Source of the DNA: a virus
Lineage: Duplodnaviria; Caudoviricetes
Length of the DNA: 36,334 bases
Reading direction: 5' to 3' (one strand)
IMG/VR virus record: IMGVR_UViG_3300048880_000020
Coordinates: 1-36,334 of that record
The stretch's first letter is position 1. Every line of letters starts with the position of its first letter. The translations under genes and the position numbers were made by a program. Below are positions 26,588-35,084 of the stretch, in pieces. The notes below the pieces were generated by a model. That model was not told where the DNA came from and did no database searches. It was given only the letters and a program-made list of their open reading frames with translations.

Positions 26588-27255
26588 AATGTGGTGATCT
26601 GGCCGCTAGCCACCGAAGGCGTCGGGGGGGCTTCGTCCTGATGGTTGCGGTCGTTGTAGTCGTACATCGTGACCGCCGAATACTTGGTGCCCTTCGTCAC
26701 CGGCAGAGAAGCGTGGGCATAAACGAAGGTCGACGGGTGTACCAACACGTCACCGAACTCGGGCAAGAAGTTCATGTTCTGGTAGGGCATGTGAAGCGCA
26801 CCGCCCTCATAACCATCATTGATGTAACCAATAGCAGAGACGGTTGCAGAGTAAGAGAACCCGTGGTCTGCATGGACAGCAAAGTGCTGACCTTCCCGGT
26901 ACCTGACGAAGTTCGTTGCCTCCTCAAACTCCAACTGCAAGTTGTAGAGCCTTGAGTAGTGTTCCACACACTCCCGTACCCCTGTGATTACCTCTTCGTA
27001 GACCTTGGCCGCTTCCGCAAACCCGGTCGGGCAGGTCTCAAGATCAGAAGCCCGCATCTTGAAGTCGGAACAATCCCGGTAGTCGGGCATCTCTTCCATG
27101 TCCCCAACGAGGGCCTTCTTCCACGAGTAGTACGCATCTTCACTGCCCCCGATACAGCCTTCCAACCTCTCAACAAAGTTGGAATCGTCAGGCCACACAT
27201 GCTTGAAGAGGGCGATACCTGATGCGGGATGACCGCAATACCCTGCGTATTCCAC
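26584..27255 (-). CDS. 2OG-Fe(II) oxygenase, prolyl-4-hydroxylase-like (5)
   Basis: VRYREGQHFAVHAD, YINDGYEGG, YAHASLPVTKGTKY; GTG start with AGGAG. Confidence 0.88.
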   Translation of the reverse strand: MEYAGYCGHPASGIALFKHVWPDDSNFVERLEGCIGGSEDAYYSWKKALVGDMEEMPDYRDCSDFKMRASDLETCPTGFAEAAKVYEEVITGVRECVEHYSRLYNLQLEFEEATNFVRYREGQHFAVHADHGFSYSATVSAIGYINDGYEGGALHMPYQNMNFLPEFGDVLVHPSTFVYAHASLPVTKGTKYSAVTMYDYNDRNHQDEAPPTPSVASGQITTL

Positions 27256-27256
27256 G

Positions 27257-27889
27257 TTATTCTCCTGTATCAGTAACGGTGTAGAACGACGGTGTGGTCC
27301 ACCGTACTCCTGAGGTCACGGGTTTGACTCCGTGTAGGTAGTGGACATCACCGGGGTGCGCCACCACCATACCCGGTTCTATCTCCAGTTCTATGCCATG
27401 CTCCGGGTAGTAGAACTGCCCACCCTCAAAGTCCCCGTTCCAGTAGATGATTGAGTTTAGGTCATACGTCGGGAACGGGTTAGGACTGCCGTCGTTGAGT
27501 TGCTTGTCGGCGTGGGGGGACTGCTCACAACCGGGAAGCCATCGGATAAGGACCGGGGGTCGGCTGGAGACGGTAACCCCGAACTTGTCTTCAAGGGCTG
27601 ATCGCATCTTATAGATGTACCTGTCGATCAAGCCGTAGACGAACGGAGCGGTCCTCTTGAGGATGTCTCCACTGCACATGCGATCCCACCAGTACGAGGC
27701 GTCATAAATGCACTCTCCCTCCTCGTTGTACTCAGTCTCTCGGGGGTTCGACCACTCTTTGATGAGTGGCATGAACGCCTGCATGATCTCCAGATCAGGG
27801 GGGCTGACGAAGTCACGGAGAACCACGATATTGTCAGAGGTGGTCCCAAAGTAACCCGGCCCGGTCAATGACTCTTCCACAGTCAGCAT
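27257..27889 (-). CDS. 2OG-Fe(II) oxygenase, prolyl-4-hydroxylase-like (6)
   Basis: IRWLPG..QSPHAD, YWNGDFEGGQFYYP, YLHGVKPVTSGVRW. Confidence 0.88.
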   Translation of the reverse strand: MLTVEESLTGPGYFGTTSDNIVVLRDFVSPPDLEIMQAFMPLIKEWSNPRETEYNEEGECIYDASYWWDRMCSGDILKRTAPFVYGLIDRYIYKMRSALEDKFGVTVSSRPPVLIRWLPGCEQSPHADKQLNDGSPNPFPTYDLNSIIYWNGDFEGGQFYYPEHGIELEIEPGMVVAHPGDVHYLHGVKPVTSGVRWTTPSFYTVTDTGE

Positions 27890-27898
27890 CCTAGCAGA

Positions 27899-28846
27899 CT
27901 ACACCAAGGCGGTGATGTCCTCCAGCAGGTCATCACGTTGCTTGGCGATCATCGCAGCCTGAGTTGGAGTAGGCCAGCCCAGACCCCACGCATTCATTGG
28001 GTCTACATACGTCGCCTTGTAGTGCTCCCACATCTCGGCTGGGATCAGGTCAACGTCGTGCATCCCTCGGGGCATGTCATACCGGGTGCCGTCTGGCTGA
28101 AACTTAGCGAAAGGTACCCCAGTGGCAGGGTCCACCATGTCTACGTAGATCCCATGCTCGTCTATCTCACCAGACAGAAAGCCATTGTGGTACCGGCGCA
28201 CCACCGTTCCAGTTCGGTCCACAAGGAACTTCTCCATGTGACCGGGGACCGGTCCCCACCCCGGCTTGGTCACATCTGCGTATTTGATTTTCGGGTCCTC
28301 GGCCCAATCGTTATTCTCCCGATGGTGAGGCATACCGTTCGCCTCCAGCGGGATCTTGTCTCCTTCGGTTATCTTGAACCAGAACGGGTGTGGTTCCTGC
28401 TCTTTAACTGAACCTCTAGCCCATGTGGGGTCGTACATGCGCCAATCTTTGTCGTACCGGGCGTTGGTCAACTCGGAGAACTGGTAGGTCACCCCGAACT
28501 CTTCACGTCCGTACCGTTCGGCCACCTGACCGGGTGTCAACTCCTCGCCAGTCTCCTCTTTCAACTTGCAGGCATACGCTTCCAGCCCCTCTCCGAACTC
28601 AGGGAGGTTGTGTCGTGGGAAGTCGTCTACCACGACGATTACTACATTGAAGTCCTCGTCAGGGAAAGACTCGTGTATCTCCTGCAACACCTCGTGTTGG
28701 GTGATGTTCCCACACCCGGCAGCACAGTTGGCGAACAGGGTCACCTTGCCCTTGAACTGCTCTAAGAAGTCTTCTGCCCCATCGGCATGGCTCATACGGA
28801 AGTCGTAGAGCGACTGGTCCAGCGTAAGCGGTTCTACGGTAGTCAT
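27899..28846 (-). CDS. Glutathione-peroxidase-like (thioredoxin-fold) protein, divergent
   Basis: LEQFKGKVTLFANCAAGCG...QHEVLQEIHE, FGVTYQF, HPFW and EKFLVDRTGTVVRRY align by eye with the GPx/BtuE consensus. Confidence 0.75.
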   Translation of the reverse strand: MTTVEPLTLDQSLYDFRMSHADGAEDFLEQFKGKVTLFANCAAGCGNITQHEVLQEIHESFPDEDFNVVIVVVDDFPRHNLPEFGEGLEAYACKLKEETGEELTPGQVAERYGREEFGVTYQFSELTNARYDKDWRMYDPTWARGSVKEQEPHPFWFKITEGDKIPLEANGMPHHRENNDWAEDPKIKYADVTKPGWGPVPGHMEKFLVDRTGTVVRRYHNGFLSGEIDEHGIYVDMVDPATGVPFAKFQPDGTRYDMPRGMHDVDLIPAEMWEHYKATYVDPMNAWGLGWPTPTQAAMIAKQRDDLLEDITALV

Positions 28847-28848
28847 GC

Positions 28849-29601
28849 CTAGATTTTACCATCTGCTTGTTTCTGGTGCCACCGATACATCCTCTTACGT
28901 CGGAATGTCTCAAAGCCACCCCAGCCTACGCCCCGGTTCTTAATCATCGGGAACATCCGAGCGTCCCCCATAGTAACTGTTTTTACCTTTCCTGTATTAC
29001 TCCTCTTGAACGGGATCAAGTGATACACCGGAGTTCCAGCCGGAATGATGAACTCCTCGTCAGTTAGCACACGGAAGGTCAAGTTCACCCTATGGAAGTA
29101 GTCCGTGTTCACCACTGTCGGCAGTACCTGATACCGGCTATCTGGCTCATACAGAACCGGCAAAGCCAACAGAGAATAGCCGGGAGCAGTTTTGTACAGA
29201 AACGGTGACCTCAAATCTGGGCACCCAGCATGTTCCATTGGGGTGTCCTCCATCATCGGGCAGCCCTGCACCGCTTCCCGTGGAAACTGTGTCGTAGTGA
29301 AGAAGGGATCAGCCATCGCTGCGGCTACACCACCCCCCTCTGTCGGATGCACCTTCACATCTCCCCAAAGAGGGACAGTGATGCCTAGAGAAAGGAAGTC
29401 CTGTATCCCCTTACAGTTTTTAATGCTGACCTCAACCTTGGGTGCCCTCTTGAACCACTCAGGCCAACCCGTTGAGTTCCGAAACGGAGGGTGCTCCAAC
29501 AGACGGTCATCCTTAGGTATCACCAGTATCTCATCGGGCTTGACCTTGGGCCAGTCCCCATAGAACCGCATCTTGTCAACCCCGGTTACACGCTTGTCCA
29601 T
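28849..29601 (-). CDS. DUF6065-related protein (second copy, different subfamily)
   Basis: PEWFK...SIKNCKGIQDFLSLGITVPLWGD, KTAPGYSLL, VVNTDYF, IPAGTPVYHLIPFKR. Confidence 0.55.
   Translation of the reverse strand: MDKRVTGVDKMRFYGDWPKVKPDEILVIPKDDRLLEHPPFRNSTGWPEWFKRAPKVEVSIKNCKGIQDFLSLGITVPLWGDVKVHPTEGGGVAAAMADPFFTTTQFPREAVQGCPMMEDTPMEHAGCPDLRSPFLYKTAPGYSLLALPVLYEPDSRYQVLPTVVNTDYFHRVNLTFRVLTDEEFIIPAGTPVYHLIPFKRSNTGKVKTVTMGDARMFPMIKNRGVGWGGFETFRRKRMYRWHQKQADGKI
28853..28861 (-). promoter_or_regulatory. Extended -10 element TGGTAAAAT, probably leaderless
   Basis: 6 nt upstream of ATG 28846; no clear SD sequence. Confidence 0.55.
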
Positions 29602-29610
29602 TCTCCCAGT

Positions 29611-30048
29611 CTACTCAAAGTGGGGAGGGAAGTGTGGCGGGAAGTGTGGCGGGAAGAACGGTGGGAAGAATGGCGGGAAGAATGGCGGGAAATGGGGTGG
29701 GAAGAACGGTGGGAAGAATGGCGGGAAGAACGGTGGGAAGTGTGGCGGGAAGTGTGGCGGGAAGAACGGTGGGAAGTGGGGAGGAAAGTGAGGTGGGAAG
29801 TGGGGAGGGAAATACGGGCTGTAGTAGACGTAAGCGATGTCTTCCTTGAGCGGGTAAACCGTTCCCGCAGCAGGAGTCTGAGAAGCAACAGTGTTCTCTA
29901 CCTGCGACCCAGTAGCGTTAGTAGTGCTGGTTGATCCCTTGTCGAACCCGGCAGACGTAATCTGAGAGTCGGCGTTAGTGGTCGTCTGCCCAACGATGTT
30001 GGGGACATCGTCCTTTCTAGGACCAGTTCTACCTTCGGTTTCAGCCAT
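29611..30048 (-). CDS. PASTA-domain protein with a C-terminal (PP[H/F]F)16 tail
   Basis: VPNIVGQT...A...I..AGF...NTVASQTPAAGT matches the PASTA pattern. Residues 81-144 are 16 tetrapeptide repeats. No signal peptide; starts 2 nt after the fibre-gene stop. Confidence 0.85.
   Translation of the reverse strand: MAETEGRTGPRKDDVPNIVGQTTTNADSQITSAGFDKGSTSTTNATGSQVENTVASQTPAAGTVYPLKEDIAYVYYSPYFPPHFPPHFPPHFPPFFPPHFPPHFPPFFPPFFPPFFPPHFPPFFPPFFPPFFPPHFPPHFPPHFE
29617..29808 (-). repeat. 12-bp-period coding tandem repeat, 16 units (9 PPHF, 7 PPFF)
   Basis: Plus-strand units such as gaagtgtggcgg, gaagaacggtgg and gaagaatggcgg. Differences are synonymous in the minus frame except the His/Phe switch. Confidence 0.95.
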
Positions 30049-30050
30049 TC

Positions 30051-33050
30051 TTATGCCTCAAGGTCTCCGACGAGAACCCACTCATCTGTATCAATCTTAA
30101 TACAAGTTACCGATGAATACTGCGCCCTCAACTTTAGGCCCGGTGTATAACGCAATGTTACACCAGATCCAGCAGCCATTGTGATTTCGCCAGCACCCAA
30201 ACCAATAACCTGAATCTGTGTACCAACAGCGAAAGCGACACCACTGTTTGGTGGAACCGTGACAGTCTGCGCCGATCCGTTGTTCATGGTCACATACTTG
30301 CCACGGTCACCAGCCACAAAGGTGTAAGTGGTACCAGTCTGTGTTTCACGGGCGAGGTTGTAAATGACGTTACCCGTGACATCCAGAGCATTGGCGTCAA
30401 GGACGGCTCGCTCGGTACCGGCAACATCGAACCTGATCTTGTCCTCATCTGAGGACTCTTCGACCTGAATCTTCGTATCGCCGTCAGCATCAGAAACAGA
30501 GTCGCTGCTGAGAGCGCCCAGTTCTGTCTGGACGTAAGCCGTGGTGGCAACCTGTGTGGTGTTCGTATCTGCCGCCGCAGTCGGAGCAGCCGGAACACCA
30601 GTAAGGGTCGGTGAGGCTAGGGGAGCGTAGTCGCCAACCTCTGTCATCACGAATGCGGTAGTGGCGACCTTGGTTGAACTGTCATTCGCAGACTGAGTTG
30701 TAGCGATAACTCCATCGGCCAGAACAACGGTAGCCGCAAGAGCATTCTTGGACAGTTGAATGACACCGTCTATGTAGACGCTCTTGCCAGTAGCGAGGGC
30801 GACGTGCTCAGAGGATGTCCAAGCGTCTGTGGCGTTCACCCAGTTCCACGTCTTATCCGAGGCACCCTTCAGGGTAATGCCACCACCATCAGCGGTGGTG
30901 TCACTTGGGGAAGCAACAGACCCGATTTCGATGTTCTTGTCATCAACGGTGAGTGTTGTTGAGTTAACAGTAGTAGTGGTTCCGTTGACGGTCAGATCAC
31001 CGACGATGGTGACCACGCCAGTAGCCCCAATCGACATGCGCTCCGTACCAGCGGTATCGAAACGGATGATGTCCTCGTCAGACCCTTCCTCAACTTGGAT
31101 CTTGGTGTCGCCATCGGCATCAGTGATTGAGTCACTGCTTAGGGCAGCCAACTCAGTCTGAACATAGGCGGTCGTGGCAACCTGTGTGGTATTGGTATCC
31201 GCTGCCGCCGTTGGAGCAGCAGGAACACCAGTGAACGTCGGAGAGGCCAAATAGGCGACCGTGCCACTAGCGTCTTGGAATGTGACCGTCCTATCCGCTG
31301 TGGGGTCCGTGACCGTAAGAGTGGTCTCAAAGTCATTCGCCGTTGCGCCCTCAACAACAATGGACGCACCAGACACGTTGACCAACGGGGTTGTAAGGGA
31401 GGTTGTGATAGTGACAGCGTTAGGGAGACCAACAGTCACGGCTGCCGTCTCTGAGCCGGAGCCAGAAACATCAACCTCGTTGGCGGTGCCCGCAACGGTA
31501 GCGACGTAGTTACCAGAGGTGTGTGTCCCAAGGGTTGCTGCGACCGTTAGGTCTACCGCTCCGTCCCCGGCGTCATCATAGGCGGCTGTTAGGCCGACGT
31601 GAGTACCGTTCGTGACAATCTGGGCACCCGTGATGTCTTGGACGTTCTCTGTGATAAGGGCAAGATCAATGGCCCCATCGCCAGCGTCGTCATACGTCGC
31701 GGTGATGCCCGTATGGGAACCGTTGGTAGCCAACTGAGCGCCAGAAATGTCCTGAACATTCTCCGTGACGAGAGCCAAGTCGATAGCGCCATCACCGGCA
31801 TCATCGTAAGCAGCGGTGATGCCGGTATGGGTGCCATTGGTAGCGAGTTGTGCGCCAGAGACATCCTGAACAGCCTCAGCGAAGTCTGTGACTGCCGTAG
31901 AGGGAATGGCGATGGTCGTATTAGAGGCGGCTGTCAAACGACCGTAGGTGTCAACCGTGTAGCCGGGGGCCTGCGTAGCACTCCCATAAGAAGCGGCAGA
32001 AACCCCTGAAGCAGTAAGTGTCAAGTCGATAGCACCATCGCCACCGTCGTCGTAAGAGGCAGATATTCCTGTGTGCGAGCCGTTAGTCGCAACCTGTGCG
32101 CCTGATACGTCCTGCACTGCTTCTGTGAAGTCCGTGACGGCAGTAGATGGGATGGCGATTGTAGTATTTGACGCTGTTGTCAGGTGTCCCGTTGCATCAA
32201 CAGTGTATCCGGGGACCTGAGTGGCGCTGCCATAAGAGGCAGCCGAAACACCAGAAGCATCGTGGTTAATAGTGTTACCAGTAATCGTTAGTTCCGTACC
32301 GGCGGTAAACGCCTGTGTACCAGTGAACTGCGTGAACGTGATGGAGTGGGTTCCAACAGTGTGCGGGTCAGACGTGGAGGTGACCACAAAGCCTTGACCG
32401 GCATTTGTAGACCCAGCCAGCACATACACAGACTCACCAGATTTGATCTGACCAGTCGGAGTTCCATCGAAGTCATCGACGCGGGTCAGGAGCCAAACGG
32501 CTGAACCCGAAGCACCCTGAGCGGTCACATCATAAATACCGTTCTGAGCAGCGGTTGACTGATCCTGTACAAGAACACGATCACCAGTGGTGGCGTTCAC
32601 CCCATCGACAACAAGACGAACCTGTGTTGATGTGGTTAGAGTCGCCCCGACACCAGAAGAGCCATTGCTGTAAGACGGTGTGTTGGGCAGAGCCGCCACC
32701 GAAGCCAGTTTGACCGCTTCATGCCAGTTAACGATGCTTTCCTGAGCAGCCCACGATACGCCGCCAGCAGCGGCACTGTCAGCAACAAGCATCTGGCCGT
32801 TAGTTCCTACTGTAAGTATTCCGGGCGTGTTGTCTGCCGTGCCAACAATGAGATCGCCCTTGGCATCAATCAGATGCTTGCTGATGTCCCCCAAACCGCC
32901 ATAACCAAGAGAGGTCCATGCGGTTGATCCGTCGCCAATCTTGTACTTCTCGTTATCGGATTCATACCCGATTTCCCCGACAGCCATCGTGGGGTTATTA
33001 GAAGTCCAGTTCGCTGCCGTGTCTCTGCGAAATTGAATGATTGCTGCCAT
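30051..33050 (-). CDS. Long tail/virion fibre protein (999 aa)
   Basis: N-terminal IQFRRDTAANW..NP..GEIG...KIGDG (Mtd-N/hyaluronidase-type anchor), AKGDLIVGT, GDRVLVQDQ...NGIY, SPTFTGVPAAPTA...TQVATTAYV and DADGDTKIQVEE modules. Confidence 0.85.
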   Translation of the reverse strand: MAAIIQFRRDTAANWTSNNPTMAVGEIGYESDNEKYKIGDGSTAWTSLGYGGLGDISKHLIDAKGDLIVGTADNTPGILTVGTNGQMLVADSAAAGGVSWAAQESIVNWHEAVKLASVAALPNTPSYSNGSSGVGATLTTSTQVRLVVDGVNATTGDRVLVQDQSTAAQNGIYDVTAQGASGSAVWLLTRVDDFDGTPTGQIKSGESVYVLAGSTNAGQGFVVTSTSDPHTVGTHSITFTQFTGTQAFTAGTELTITGNTINHDASGVSAASYGSATQVPGYTVDATGHLTTASNTTIAIPSTAVTDFTEAVQDVSGAQVATNGSHTGISASYDDGGDGAIDLTLTASGVSAASYGSATQAPGYTVDTYGRLTAASNTTIAIPSTAVTDFAEAVQDVSGAQLATNGTHTGITAAYDDAGDGAIDLALVTENVQDISGAQLATNGSHTGITATYDDAGDGAIDLALITENVQDITGAQIVTNGTHVGLTAAYDDAGDGAVDLTVAATLGTHTSGNYVATVAGTANEVDVSGSGSETAAVTVGLPNAVTITTSLTTPLVNVSGASIVVEGATANDFETTLTVTDPTADRTVTFQDASGTVAYLASPTFTGVPAAPTAAADTNTTQVATTAYVQTELAALSSDSITDADGDTKIQVEEGSDEDIIRFDTAGTERMSIGATGVVTIVGDLTVNGTTTTVNSTTLTVDDKNIEIGSVASPSDTTADGGGITLKGASDKTWNWVNATDAWTSSEHVALATGKSVYIDGVIQLSKNALAATVVLADGVIATTQSANDSSTKVATTAFVMTEVGDYAPLASPTLTGVPAAPTAAADTNTTQVATTAYVQTELGALSSDSVSDADGDTKIQVEESSDEDKIRFDVAGTERAVLDANALDVTGNVIYNLARETQTGTTYTFVAGDRGKYVTMNNGSAQTVTVPPNSGVAFAVGTQIQVIGLGAGEITMAAGSGVTLRYTPGLKLRAQYSSVTCIKIDTDEWVLVGDLEA
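31548..32260 (-). repeat. Internal fibre repeats: four ExVQDxxGAQxxTNGxHxGxxAxYDDxGDGAxDL units and two ASGVSAASYGSATQxPGYTVD units
   Basis: Read directly from the translation; boundaries approximate. Confidence 0.85.
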
Positions 33051-33059
33051 AACTATCCC

Positions 33060-33494
33060 CTAGTTCCCTGTGGAATCATTGCCATCAGCGTTGATGTGAT
33101 AACGAACCCAAGCCTGAGAAGTTCCACCATCAGCGACCGTGGTTGACTGCGAAACGACTTCTGTCCATGCTCCACTGGACCTGTAATAGAACTGATTGTT
33201 TGTTGTGTCTATCGCAATGGTCCCATCAGCAGAAGTAGCCGAAGGCGCTCCATCAGTGGTCAGATTGATTACACCAGCAACAGCCTGAAAGGAATCATCA
33301 GTCTTAAGAGCGTTCGCAGCGGAGCGGTAAAGGGTGACATCGCCAGCGGCGGAGCCTGTCCCCCATGTGACCTTGCCACCAGCGTCGACAGAAATGCGGG
33401 CGTTGGAGTCTCCGGCTACCTTGGTTCGGAGTGCCTCAGACGACGCTGCCGCTAAATCGTCAATAGATATAACTGTCTTGAATGATCTCGCCAC
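33060..33494 (-). CDS. Small fibre-associated structural protein
   Basis: GKVTWGTGS..DVTLYRSAA and GTIAIDTTNNQFYYRSSGAW are fibre-type beta motifs; operon context. Confidence 0.6.
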   Translation of the reverse strand: MARSFKTVISIDDLAAASSEALRTKVAGDSNARISVDAGGKVTWGTGSAAGDVTLYRSAANALKTDDSFQAVAGVINLTTDGAPSATSADGTIAIDTTNNQFYYRSSGAWTEVVSQSTTVADGGTSQAWVRYHINADGNDSTGN

Positions 33495-33534
33495 GGCCTC
33501 AACCGTTTCCTATGTAGTGGTCAACCCCTCAGGG

Positions 33535-34659
33535 TTAGCCTATGATTACGACCTTGTAAGCGTTGGACGCTGGTGCAGAAGCGAAGGTCAGGGTCACTGC
33601 GTTGGTGCTTGTTCGATCCACGTCGCAGATAACCGTTTCCTTAGTAGAAGCGCCATAAACCTCAACCACAACATCGTCTGTACCGAGACTGTGTGTCACG
33701 GCGATTGCAGTAGCACTACCGTCACCAATCGTCGCTGTCACCTTTGAGGGAGCGCCGAGGTTGGTACGGGCGGCTGCTGCGGTAGAGGCCCCGGTACCAC
33801 CGTGAGCGACAGCAACGTCTGTTGCCTCCCACACACCAGTCCCGATTGTGCCTAGGGCCGTTAGGGACGAAGTGACAACGCTCGTCCCCAACGTGGTGGC
33901 ACTGAGGACCGATACATTATTGACCTTGTAATCTGTGCTGGTCGCAATATTGACGTGCTGGTTGAAGTCCCACGAATCAGTGGAGTTTGTCCAGATGATT
34001 GTCTTGTCGGTTGCGCCCTTGAGAGTGATACCCCCACCGTTAGCCGTGGTATCCGAGGGTGTAGTGACCGAACCGAGTTCAAGGTTCTTGTCGTCCACGG
34101 TCATCGTGGTTGAGTTGACCGTAGTGGTGGTACCGCTAACAGTCAGATTACCAGCGATGGTCACGTCGTCTGGCAGACCAATCGTTAGGGTGCCAGCGCC
34201 GTCGTTATAGGCAACATTGACCTCATTCGCTGTTCCTGCGACCATTCCCCCGACAACATCCTGAGCAGCCTCAGTGAAGTCGGTAACAGCAGCAGCAGCA
34301 ATGGCGATGTTGGTGTTGGCAGCAGCCGTTAAACGGCCCTGAGCATCAACAGTGAACGTGGCTACCGCAGAGGCTGAACCATATGCAGCCGCAGTAACGG
34401 CTGTGTTAGCGATGTTTACGGTAATATCGCCGCTAGTACCCCCACCAGAAAGTCCCGTCCCGGCAACAACAGACGTTATATCGCCTTCAGCGAGATTCAG
34501 CCAACTAGCGGCTAGGTAGACGTTTAGAGAGTTAGTAGAGGTGTCGTAGTAAATCTGCCCAGAAACCGGGCTGGAGGGGGCCGAGGCGAGGTTCTGAATA
34601 CGGGCATTCTGAAGTTCGTTCTTGTTCAGATCAAGATTGGTTACGAACAGCATAGCCAT
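33535..34659 (-). CDS. Fibre protein (374 aa)
   Basis: NLDLNKNELQNA..QNL..APSSP..GQIYYDT, AGTGLSGGG, VAHGGTGASTAAAARTNLG and C-terminal THSLGTDDVVVEVY; shares blocks with the 999-aa fibre. Confidence 0.8.
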   Translation of the reverse strand: MAMLFVTNLDLNKNELQNARIQNLASAPSSPVSGQIYYDTSTNSLNVYLAASWLNLAEGDITSVVAGTGLSGGGTSGDITVNIANTAVTAAAYGSASAVATFTVDAQGRLTAAANTNIAIAAAAVTDFTEAAQDVVGGMVAGTANEVNVAYNDGAGTLTIGLPDDVTIAGNLTVSGTTTTVNSTTMTVDDKNLELGSVTTPSDTTANGGGITLKGATDKTIIWTNSTDSWDFNQHVNIATSTDYKVNNVSVLSATTLGTSVVTSSLTALGTIGTGVWEATDVAVAHGGTGASTAAAARTNLGAPSKVTATIGDGSATAIAVTHSLGTDDVVVEVYGASTKETVICDVDRTSTNAVTLTFASAPASNAYKVVIIG

Positions 34660-34671
34660 CGTTGACGACCC

Positions 34672-35082
34672 CTAAGAGATGTATGCCTTCCCGGCGAAGG
34701 CACTAGTAAATGATACCACGATTTGATCTACGCTAGAGTAGGTGACAGTACCCATAACGATAGTTCCAGCGCTGTCCACAATGGACACGCCGCCGGGTTC
34801 GTACCCCAAGTTGTGGTTGATCGTCCACGTAGAAGCAGCACTGCCTTGAGTGTGCTTATACCGGCCCCCTAACGGGAGAGTGAGGTTAAGAACCTGCGAA
34901 GGAGCGATACCTGTCATCGTCGCCGCCGCTGTTTCCCCAGAGGCCACTGTCCCGATTACCAGAGTGTTGGGAGGACCGGGCTTACCGGGGGTCGAAACAG
35001 TGACTACATCAGCAGCAGACTCGGTGACAGAGGTTGCCGTCTTAGTCTTGGTGACTACAACAGTTTCGGAGTTATGGGGCAT
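34672..35082 (-). CDS. Small fibre/adaptor protein
   Basis: GKPGPP..LVIGTV...LNLTLP neck followed by HTQGSAASTWTINHNLG...FAGKAYIS domain. Confidence 0.7.
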   Translation of the reverse strand: MPHNSETVVVTKTKTATSVTESAADVVTVSTPGKPGPPNTLVIGTVASGETAAATMTGIAPSQVLNLTLPLGGRYKHTQGSAASTWTINHNLGYEPGGVSIVDSAGTIVMGTVTYSSVDQIVVSFTSAFAGKAYIS

Positions 35083-35084
35083 GA

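Noticed and set aside
27899-28846. Selenocysteine glutathione peroxidase
   Set aside because: The active-site residue is Cys and there is no in-frame TGA.
29617-29808. CRISPR array or non-coding/G-quadruplex repeat
   Set aside because: The units are 12-bp tandem repeats with no unique spacers and no cas genes; variation is synonymous in the PPxF frame.
29491-29934. Alternative-frame ORFs over the repeat (GGKC/GGKN, WREE, AGRT, SRHS)
   Set aside because: These are shadows of a stop-free repeat; only the PPxF frame is fused to a recognisable domain and tiles the operon.
30051-33050. Diversity-generating retroelement target (Mtd-like N-terminus)
   Set aside because: Only the N-terminal anchor resembles Mtd; no reverse transcriptase or adenine-specific TR/VR pair was seen.
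34960-35000. Collagen-like substrate for the prolyl hydroxylases (PGKPGPP)
   Set aside because: Only about two Gly-X-Y triplets, too short for a collagen domain.
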